Below, one piece after another: positions 33,101 to 44,271 of a DNA stretch of 64,000 nt. The notes under the pieces are model-generated. The model was not told where the DNA came from. It did not search any database and saw nothing but the letters and a program-made list of their open reading frames with translations. The translations under genes were made by a program, and so were the position numbers. Source of the stretch: Auanema rhodensis (lineage: Eukaryota > Animalia > Nematoda); assembly GCA_964057225.1 (NCBI GenBank), contig OZ059898.1:13268001-13332000 (forward strand), written 5' to 3'. Position 1 is the first letter of the stretch. Every line of letters begins with the position of its first letter.

Positions 33101-33468
33101 TTAAGAACTCCAGTCAGCATGGTTCCGTCCAACAACTCGTATTCAACGGAAGCTGAACAGACTTTTGCTGTACGAAGATCAATTTTATGTACTTATCCTT
33201 GATATGTTTTCAGGACTATAAGCAGATCGTGGATAGTCATCCACTTCACGCAGACTGCAAAAATACGTGTGATACTGAATGTAGCTTCATCAATGCTATG
33301 ATTGAACTGATTACCCAGGCAAGAACGTATATTTATAACATTCTTCGAGTTCCAATATTTCAGAATGGCAGATTTTATAAGAAACTGAGACAGCACTTTC
33401 CTGAAATAGCCAAGGATCTTAAGTTCCGAATCACAGCAGTTTGCCAGAGCAATGAATCCGATTCCTAG
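30199..33468 (+). CDS. Uncharacterised multi-exon protein with three repeated beta-rich modules, a Pro/Ser-rich linker and a helical C-terminus
   Basis: Acceptor tttcag abuts the ATG, and many short exons join in frame. Recurring motif FWSLSFPNV / FETAKLGLLDDP / FLNSEDFGLIDA. Stop TAG at 33466-33468. Confidence 0.75.
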
Positions 33469-34683
33469 TTTTTTTTTTTGATTTTTGAGTGAAGTCTTTA
33501 ATCCAAATTTGAATGCCATATTTTCTCTGTGTCAAAGCATAGTGTTGTTATACGTGTTTTAGTATTGGTTGGATTGTTTGTTATAAATCCATATGTTGCA
33601 GATGTCAGTTGTTGTTGGTAATTCTCACCTCAAATGATCAGCATCTCATTGCATATTTATGTGTAGAATCCAATACTTTCTATAATCTATTTTGAAGGTG
33701 AAAACATGGAGACGTTTAAATTGTCTTTAACGTATGCATGAATAAAGTTTCCTGATTTCGTTCGTCATTCTATTCACATGCCTGTCACTTGATAAGTACT
33801 TTTAAGGGACAAAAAACCGAAAATCCATTGACATGAAACCATATGACTATCATCATAATCGTACAATCACGGAGATTACAGATGTTTTTATCTTCCTTGT
33901 TCTAAGCGTATGACCTGGAAATGGTCTTCTCTGTGTATTGGAATCACGGATCAAAAGACTCACCGATTTAGATTTTATGTGAGTTCAGAGAATCAAATGG
34001 ATGTTAATAGAGCAGAAAGCAATTCTTCATAAAAGAAGAAAACTGATTTCATATTTGGTTAAGCCGATTACATTGCTGACGACGACGGGAAGTTGTTAAC
34101 GGCTGACTTCTGAAGCCAGATTGCACTGTTCGTTATGAAAACATTTACGTTAATTCTCTTGTCAGATTATTCAAATCAAGCGAGAGGTCGAATATGACAC
34201 ATGTCGTCTGAATTCTCTTGTATTGATGTACTATATCATTATCGTGTACCACCCCTACCACAACTGTATAAAAGGCAAAGAGAATACTTTAAATTCACAA
34301 AACACTTTCTTTGTTTTAGCTGTCGTCCGCCTTCAGGCTCATCGACACAGGTTCGTTCAATATTTTTCATGTTTAAATCAAATATTTTATAATATTTAAC
34401 GCATTATTGTGTATACCTGTAATACTAAATATTTTATAATATTTCAATGTTTACATTGAATGGAATGCGACCGATCTTCATGATATTGCGATATGAAATG
34501 ATAACGCGATTTGAACAACTCCAATCAATCAAATTTGCATAATATCTGAAAAATAATCTTTTGCCTATTGAATTCTTTACTTTTGCTGCTATTCTCACCA
34601 TTTTTATGAATTTTTAGCATCACAGACAGATCCATGTACTTTGCCCACTTTTTTTTTATTAAAACCAGAATAACTATAGTTCA

Positions 34684-34988
34684 ATGTTTAATAAAATGAA
34701 CATGCGACTGTTTGGTCAAGTTGCGCATGGTCGTTTCCTTTCTTATCAACCTTATGGGTCAGAACTCTGTAGTCATAGTATATAAAGACAATTCCAGTTC
34801 CGCTGCCGTCCTTTATTCCATCGTTCTCCTCTTCGCTTACCATCTTGGCTCCGCTACTCGTTTTCCGCTGCTTCCCCGCCAACTTGGACGACTTTGGATA
34901 GGTAAGCTGCATTATGTTAATTTCTGGCTTTATAATTGGTTTCGATACTTACACTTATACTTATGCTTTTGTAGAAGTGCCGGGATAG
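34684..34988 (+). CDS. Candidate 63-aa single-pass microprotein (3 coding exons) or spliced lncRNA
   Basis: TATA at ~34267, good splice sites (34320-34350, 34798-34901, 34975-) and AATAAA near 35232/35251. The best join reads MFNKMNMRLFGQVAHGRFLSYQPYGSAAVLYSIVLLFAYHLGSATRFPLLPRQLGRLWIEVPG*. Confidence 0.4.
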
Positions 34989-36272
34989 GCCCAGCCTGTC
35001 TGACCGTTCGTTTAGTTTTCACGTTGATATCCTTCGCCGTCTGACGTCACTCGATGACGTCGATCGTAATTGTCCCAACCGTTGCTGTGTGCACGGGTGC
35101 TGTTGCAGCTCTTGCCGTGCCTTTCATCGCGCTCCAGGAAATCCTTGAGAAAAGGTTTGTCCACCCATATGATATACGTTTCACGTTTTGATCGGATCTC
35201 TGTTTTCCTTTGTTCGGCCTACCTTAAAAAGAATAAAACCATCGATGAAGAATAAAGATGACGAGTCATACACATCGTGATGATACCGAGGCATTTGTCA
35301 GATGATGGTTTTTGAAATTATTGGAAAACTAGTTTAAGCATTGTAATTAATGTTTTTGTTTTAGAATGCGCAAGAATATGAGGAAACACCTTAAAAGAAG
35401 AAGTTCTTGTCGTGAGTTTGTTGATAATTTAACCACTTCAACTTCTATAATTAGTATTTGAACTTGTGAACTTGTCAAGTTTGAGAGTTTCAATAAACAA
35501 CTTTACAGGGTTACATTTTGGAGAACTTTCATTGTCGCATGAGATGCAAGATGACAAAAAGAAAATCATCGGATGTGATGCCAGCATTACATCCAACAAG
35601 GTTTAATAATAGTTTAATTATGTGCAACATGAACAACTCAATTACAGTCTAATCCACCAGCATACGAGGACATTTTCCGTCCACCACCACCATACGTTAT
35701 CAATCAGAGTCGGACATAATTCCATCAAAACTTTTGAAAGCTATTCGACGACATACCATCTATCGTCAATCATAATCGATCAGTCAACCACATCGACTGA
35801 TTCGAGTGACGTCATTTTCTAGACTTTTGTATTATTTATGTAGTCCCCACCCCTTTCTATAAAAATTGCTTTGCCAATTTTGTAATTTCGAACTGTTCAG
35901 CCAGGCTTCCCGGAAAATCTGACAGGGCTTCATCCATATATGGGCCGTGGATACTGCCGTCGTCTGTCGTATGTCGTAATTTCTGCCTAAATTTTCCTAG
36001 CAACTGCTTCACATCGCTTAAATCCATTAAAGTATTTAGATTTGCGAACAAATTATTTTTTTTTTCAGTTTTTCTTGCTTCAAAAACAACGCCGAACAAT
36101 TATATTTTAATATATTGTATTTGTTTATTAAATATTCTAAATAGAAAATCTCTTAGAGAAACTTAACGACAGTTTTCAAAAATACCCGTGAATATATACA
36201 AAATAGTTTGAGCAATATGGTTGATACTCTTCACACTTTAAAAACATTGTAAATGATTGAAGAGAAATATTA

Positions 36273-36282
36273 AGAGAGAGAG

Positions 36283-36337
<55 letters not shown>

Positions 36338-36346
36338 TAGAGAGAG
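36273..36346. repeat. (GA)n microsatellite downstream of the kinase gene
   Basis: Interrupted GA run. Confidence 0.93.
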
Positions 36347-36458
36347 AAATAAGGCAAGATTTTTTTGAGAAAACAATAAATGTACAACATACAATGGCTA
36401 AGTAAACTTCAACGATAATTCTAGCGTGACTAGAAGCAATTAAGAGATAAAGCTAGGG

Positions 36459-37827
36459 TCAGAGAAGTATTTTAGATAAGAAGGACTCTACAAAACTATT
36501 CGGTTGATCGACATCCGATGAAGAATCAGATGAATTTGTATCTTCACCAGTACTATCAGACGAATCATCATCCATGCTATTAAGTGATATATTCCTCACG
36601 TCACCAAGCAAGTTATCCTCAACTGATGAAGAATCTGAATTATTACTAGTTCAAGTTGATAACAAGTATCAAAATTCACCTTCTGATAGCATTTCAAAGA
36701 AGTTATAACTAGATAGGTCAACATCAACATTCAGGAGTGGAAGTTTATTTAATTCATTAATACTTATACGAAATGTTGAAGTTGGATGTAAGCAACTTCG
36801 AAGAACATCACTCATTTCTAGAAAAAAACTTTGATGAAACTCAAACTTAATTATAGTTAATACCTTCTGATACATGGCTTCCTATAGTTAGATTAGCATT
36901 AAGAATATCTTGTTGTGTATGAAAAGGATAATCATAATGAAATAAAGTATACAGAAGTATCCCAAGAGCCCAAACTTCTTGTTCAGGACCACGAAATCTT
37001 CAAGAAAAGTCATTGATAAAAGTTTTTTGAAAAGAAATCACACACAATTCCTGTCGAAGAACTTCAGGACTTGCACATTGAGGTGAACCGGAAAACGAAG
37101 AAAAAGCTATTTGAGGTCCGAAATAGGCTGCAGATCCGAAATCAATGAGAACACCTGAAAGAAGTAATTTCATCAAAATTGAAGTTTGAGATTGTTTATG
37201 AGCTAACAATTGAAATCTGAATCAATTACAACATTCTCTTCTTTGATATCGCCATGTAAAATGTTCAACGAATGCATGTATGTTACAGCTGAAGTAACCT
37301 AGATATCAAGTTGTTAGTTGAAAATAGGCTAAATGATCTTTAAACCTGACGGAATATATGAGAAATCAGTTGTTCATTCAATTGAGGTTGACGATTAAGA
37401 AAGTCAAATAGATCCATTCCAGCTTTTCTTCTATCAGTCACAATAATGAAATGAGATGAAGTTTCGAAGAAATCGACCAACTACACAAAGAAAAATGTTA
37501 AACTCAGAAGAAAACATTCAAAACTTACTTTAATAATATTTGGATGACTAAGATGTTCTAAGAGATATATCTCAAGTGGAACCAGATGGCCAGGCTTCCG
37601 TTTGCTACTGACCCATTCACCGTAAATTTCATTGACAGGTATTACCTTGGTGACTGTCTGAAGAGGCAAAAGAAGTAGTTTTCGTATTAGTTCTTGATTC
37701 TTATGAATGAAAGTTTAATTACTTCTTTTCCATCAGATTTTCTTCGGCTTAACGATATTGCACCAAAGTTTCCATTTTGTAAAACAGCTGACGTTTCATA
37801 TTCCTCAGAATAAACATCTACATTCAT
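36459..37827 (-). CDS. PAS-kinase (PASK)-like Ser/Thr kinase domain without a PAS domain, with an acidic Ser-rich tail
   Basis: [75 protein letters not shown] and [10 protein letters not shown] parallel PASK kinase-domain motifs. Possible extra 5' micro-exons at 38330-38352 and 41244-41280. Confidence 0.85.
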
Positions 37828-40184
37828 CTGAAACGAAAAATCACATTATTTTGTTGAAAGTTCAAAAACTTTTTGAAACGAAACACAAAAATAAAGAAAA
37901 CTTGCACAAGAAAAAGAGGGAGATATAAACAAGTTTGATGGCTTAATAAGCTTATAAGGCTTGAAAAGTTTATATAATTTGTTGCCAAATTGCTGATATA
38001 GCAGATATAAGTTTCGATGAAATATTAAAAAAAAAGCGTACATTGAAATAAAAAGAAAAGGTGCTTTTTTCTTGAAAAAATAAAAGATTTTTGCCTTTTT
38101 CTCGTACAGATAGGTGAGCAGACAGGAAATGCTATACAGCATTTACACATGTATACGCACATGCGATCATGAACTAAGATATAATTCTGGCAAATAATAA
38201 CAAAAAATAACAAAATAAACTAAAAATAACACAAATATTTTAGAATTTTCGATATTTTGTATGTGAAACCGCTGCTGCAACTAAGGACAGCAAGCGAGTA
38301 ATGAGAGAGACAAAAAGAACTCTTCTTACATCCGAGCAAGACAAATGAAAGCCTGAACAACTTTTTTTCAAGAAAAAGAAAAGGAAAAAGAAAAAAATGT
38401 CACTAAATAGAAGTTCATGTTCTCTAATAGAATCACTATAAAAACCTCAAGGAGATTAGAAGTATATAAAAGCTTGATGATGAGCATGATGTTGCTCTTG
38501 GTTTTCGTATTGGCTTTTGTGCCCATAGCAACGAGTACGCTAAAAAATACTATGAGAAATAGCTTCGTCTTTTCCAGGATAATTGCAGGTTATGAAGGGT
38601 CAAACGTTGGAAAAAATTGTCAAAAACGGGTGGAATGGATATCCGGTAGGTAGGTCAATCAGCTGCACAGACATGGGCATGACTATTAAAAAGAACAAAG
38701 ACAATAAAAAACAATATTTTGTAAATAAGAGGATTTGAACAACATTCAACTGCTATATGATATAGTAGAGACATATATGGAAGCTTAGATATAAGAAAGA
38801 GAAAGCAAATATATTTGGAAAAGGTTATATAGCAGAAAAGAGAATAATCGTAAAACTTATATTTTATGATTGTTAATTAATTTAATAATTTGGTTGAAAT
38901 GCCCAGAACATGTCCATTGAGGGGTGGGGAGTCCGTATATGCAATAAGAACAGGTGTTATGAAACTAATAGAAGCTAATAAAGCTGTAGGCTTAAGAAGA
39001 GAGAAGATTGAAATAAGTTTTAAGAATACGATGCTACAATAACAAATTGACGAGTGGAAAGTAGGATGGAGAAGAGGAAGTATGAGATACGCATATATGG
39101 GATTGATAATGATATGAGAAAAATAATATTAAAATGACATAATATGAAAAGGAAATCTAGTAGGAAATTAGAGGAAATTGAAAAATTATAAGTTTAAAGA
39201 GAATAGGAATGAGAGGCAAATTATACCAGATCATGAGAGAATTGAAAAGAAAGTTGAATGAAATGCAGCAGGAGAAGTATGATGATTTCTGAAGTAAATA
39301 GCTAATAAATAACTTTTTTTTATTATTTTCTTTCATGACAATTGCAAAGAGCATATGATTAGATAGATTGATAGATTAGTGTGGCACGCGTGATAATAGA
39401 CGAATTATGTCTGATGACGATGAGACGAAGACGACAACGACAACGATGACGATGACGACGATGGTAAGAGAAGAAAGAAGACAAAATCATATTATCAAAC
39501 AAACCAGTCCAGGATCAAATAGAAGGTAATAATCAATTGAACAAGATAATAAACTTTTAATTAGTGAATGATCATAGAATAAGATATATGATCAAAAGGG
39601 AGAAGAAGTAAGAGAGACAACAGAGCAACACGAGAGAAATGAGAACGAGGTGGAGTAGAAAAAGGTGCAAGAGGCCAACAACAAAGAGAAGATGAATAGA
39701 GTAATGATCATACAACATTGGTAAGTTACATACATACTAATGTATTTCAATTGATTCAATCTAAATAAAAATGTTTAAAAAACCGAAAAAGTTAAATGTT
39801 TGATTGGTGATGAAAAACAACCGGTCACCGCGATTAAATGTTAAAAAATGAAAAATGAATGAGATGTTAACACAGTTTGACATGGAATGATATAGGGTTT
39901 CTTTAGAAATTAAAAAATGGAAATACTGCTTTGAGGTGTCAATTAAGAGAAAGAAAGAGAGACAGAGAGAGAGAAAGGGAGGAAGACAAAAAGAAGAAGA
40001 AAGAGACTTAGAGAAATACAGAAAAAAATTCGGGTCAAGCGTTATCTACTCTTTCACATTTCTTCAAATTTTGGTGAATTCAGTTATAATTTAATTTAAT
40101 TATATGCCTCAAAATGCTGTGTGAAGTTAGAAAAAAATATGTTTTTTCTGATTTTTCTTAACTTAAGAACAAATATTAAAATAT

Positions 40185-40186
<2 letters not shown>

Positions 40187-40231
<45 letters not shown>
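40187..40231. repeat. (GA)n microsatellite
   Basis: Perfect GA run. Confidence 0.95.
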
Positions 40232-40234
<3 letters not shown>

Positions 40235-43200
40235 GAGGAACCGACGGATAAGAGCTAGATAAGAAAATACAGATTTATATACTATCAATTAACATTGTTT
40301 ACTATGTATTACAAGAGCAAGAGCTAACAACTTCAATGAAAAAGGTTTTCAAAAGTAAGTTCACAAATAAATGTTTGACACAAGCATTGTAATATTTTAA
40401 AATATTTGAAAAAATTCAAAATTAGTGTAATGAATGGTTTAATTCTAGTGATGTGACAGATATAAGCTTAGCTCACTTCATATTGTGGGAAATCGGCATT
40501 TTCATAGCGAAAGGGCAGAAATATAGAAAAGTATTAGGAAAAAACGATTATCGTTAGTCCAACTAGAGAAAGAGCCACCCAAAATTGCATTACATCTCAT
40601 GAAAAAGATGCTCATTGATTTTTCTATGACCAGTAATATAGAGCGGAACAAAGAGAATGTAAGCATGAGAGTTGTCCAAAGAGGAAGAGAAAAAGAGAGA
40701 AAGAGAAGAAAGAAGAGAATGTACGAGATAAAAAGAATAGTTTCCGACATGAACTGCAGATTTCTATTATGGGAAAGCAAACGGACAAGGGTTTTTCCGA
40801 AATTTCCACATGGAAGAGACAAAACAAATCCTGATTTGAACTCTTTTGAGCTTCTCGTCTGGAATATAAATCAATTTCAACCAATTGTGTTTATTCGTAA
40901 GACAAGGAATATGTTTAGATTATGCTGGATGAGAAAGGGAAATGCCGTTAAGGTATGCATTGGATTGCAACTATTTTTCAGAGATATTGCTATGGAATTC
41001 ATGGGATATGACTAGAAAATCAAGACAAGTTCAGAGTTTTTTCGGATCTTGAGAATGAAGTAGGCCATTCCATTAGGAGACAATAAAGAAATTTGATGAA
41101 TAAAACAAATTATAGCAATGTGTATGTTTGATAATCGATCAGCGATTTATGTTTGAACAAAGTTTTTTTTTCAAAAAAAAAGCGTTTGAAAACTCATTAC
41201 TTTTATAACAACAAGATAAGACAGACAAAGAACTGGGGATTACTTATGATCAAAGATCGAAATGATTTGGAATTTGACATAGCAGTATAACCTCGCTGAA
41301 ATCGGTGGGCATATCTTTGCCGCGAAAGTCTATATCGTTTTCGACCGACAAAGCTTGTCGTCAGAACATCTGGAGTGTTTTAGATAGAAGCAGGGCAGCT
41401 AGTTCCATCTACTTGAGATCCGGAAACAGATAATGGAAATTGACAGCTTTTCATAACATTTTTGATGAAAAGTAGCTAGCTAACTGGGTTGTTGATATTG
41501 GCTGATGTTCAATGAATAGGTACAAAAGAGTGAAGTGTTATATCAAAAAGTAATAGAATTTTCATTAAATAATTTCAACCAAGAAGTCACAGCAGAAGAT
41601 CAGAGGTCATCCAAGTAAGTAGTAGCCGTAGTAGTAGCCTCTCTAGAACTAGTGAAGCCTCAGCATTGGTTTGTTTGTAATTTCAGATGACTTAGACTGC
41701 ATGTGGATTTGAATTGATTGAAAGAGAGCTCCATGAAGTCCACATATATGATGCTGAAATGCAGGTTGTTGCCCATAAGAGCAAGGAAATTAGAGCTAGG
41801 GAGAAGAAGGTTGATGTTCTTTTCTATTTGTTCATATTTCCATTCATGTCTTCCAAATATCCGATTCTGCATGGTGACGGGTGTATTAGATTTCGTATTC
41901 CAAGCGTGAAACCATTAGAAGAACCTATCAAGATCCGAGAGAAAAAATGGGTAAACAATGGAAAAAAAACTGTTGAACATCTGTTGATTGGCCTTAGGAC
42001 ATTCAAAACACTTGAAAACCAATGGGAAACATCAATTGATAGATGGGTAGGAAATGTGCTCTTCAAAGCAATGCAATACTAAAACCTTCTAGCTTCAAAC
42101 AGAAAAATCTGTGATACACGTTGGATTGGAAGCTAAAATTTATTTTATCAACTTACATGTAGACACAACGAAAATGGAATATATGCGAGTGGCAAAGCTG
42201 GAGAAAGTTTGAACAATAACAAAATAAAAAAAAGAAGTTTGATCGTTGTTTGAGATGAAGAAACGACTGACAAGAAAGTGAGACGTTAGAAAATAGTGAA
42301 AAAAAATCATTTGTCCTCCTCTAGAAGGGGTAATAGTTGGAAACATGAGGTTTCTTAACGAATCGTTCCTGAACCGAAGATTTTTTCCAGGACGTCGCAA
42401 CAAAACTGGTTGCCAAATAAAGAAGAAAGATGAGATGAGATAAGATGTATGGTTTAAGAGAAAGACGAGAAAGCAAAACGATGAAACCAAGTCTAAGTAA
42501 TAAGAAGGAAAACCATGGAAGAAGTCGACAAAGAAGAAAACGAAGAAGAGGAGATACATTTATGCTTGCGAAATATTTCAAAGATAAATCATATAAGCTA
42601 AGGATGCAACATTTGCCTAAATCGAATATTGCGAGGATTTTGAAAAAAAAGGAGAAAATTGAAAACTAATGGGAACATGAAAGAAGTGAATTCTTTAAAG
42701 ACGGCGAATATTTCGGAGAATCGAACTAAGAAATATATGTTGGGCAGAACCCAAGAGCAAATATGACTAGATGTTCTGGATGAGTCATCGTCGTTCACAA
42801 TAATATAAAAATAATTAAAATGGCCAGCTCTTATTGGTGATAGAATGAGTAAGAATAGAAGATAAATTCAAAATGTTTCGAAGTATCTAAGCTTACAACT
42901 TAAAGAAATTGGATAATTATAGATACTGATGTTAAACAACAATGCAGCATTCAGGCATGCATTTAACCTTTAAAAATAATTTTCTCTGAATAAGCATAGT
43001 GAACAAAGGAAAAGGAAATAGATTAAGATAAAATAAGTGGGAAAACGGAATTACAAAATAGTGGTCGGTAAAAGTACATGAATGGATCAAGTAGTAATTC
43101 ATTTGAAGCATAAACTTCAATGAACATTATCAAAAGATATTCTGGAAGAGTCAAAACAAATGGAAAACATCAAGCTAGCTCATATCTTTGATTAGGTATT

Positions 43201-44271
43201 CGTGCTTCGAAACCATAATGTTAAAAATGTTTCAATTGAACAGCTAAATAGTCATTTATTTAAACAAGGCTTGCAACAAGAGTTAGCCGTTCTAAGCAAA
43301 CACATAAGGCTGGAAAAGTGAATGAGAAAAGAAATTATTTGTAAATGAATCTGCCGGCAAAACATAGTTCATATTCAGAAAATAAAAACCTCAACCTAAT
43401 ATTGCCGTACCTTAGGACATAGCACAAGTTTTTGTTGCTGGCCAATAGCTAAGGGAAATGCATTGTCGAGACAATGAGAAAGAATTTTTAATTCAAAACA
43501 CCGATATATGGGAATTAGATGTAAAAGGGCAAATTTTTAACAATGTATTACATCAACTCAATATGCTGGAAAAAGTAAGAGAAGTTGCAACTGAAAAATA
43601 AAAAGAAAAGCGAAATCTGGCTACTATTCTCATCAATTTGAAAGCAAGCAGACGACTAATGGGAAGACAATTAAGTAGCCAGTGCAGTCCGATGGTGAAC
43701 TTGCTGTCTAATGGACCTCCCATGAGGACATCCCGAGGATGGATAACTCTTTGTAGTTTACCAAAGTATAACAACATTTTCTTCTCTATATAGCTAGCGA
43801 TGCCAATAGTTTCATTAAATCAGAATGAATTAATTGAAATTTTTCGTTCCGCTGACAGGAAGGTGTAAACTAACGTATTCTTGGCTTTTCTTATTCATTC
43901 ACACATTATTCAACTTGTCGTTATTCGAAACTTTTTACCAATAATTTCTTCTTCAAATCTATAGCTTTGATAGTTTTAATCAAAGCGAAGCTCATTGAAA
44001 CATATTTATGTTTCTTATGTATTCTTATCTTCTTATTTCTGTTAGGTATCTAGCAATGCAAAAATTCTGTGAGTCTTTTGATAAAATTGGAATTATTCAA
44101 GATATAAAAAAATTCTACCTTCATTATAAGCCATCTGTAAAAGGACAGTGAGCAACAACTGAAATAACAACTCTGGTAAAACATACAACAATATCACTGG
44201 GAAGTTGATAACAGTATAGTAACAAACGAGCCAAACATGAAAGTTAAAACAATAAAAATAACATTTTGAAC

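Noticed and set aside
40502-42798. Several 60-140 aa ORFs on both strands
   Set aside because: Phe/Leu- or Lys/Arg-biased products of purine/pyrimidine skew, with no PAS or other domain.
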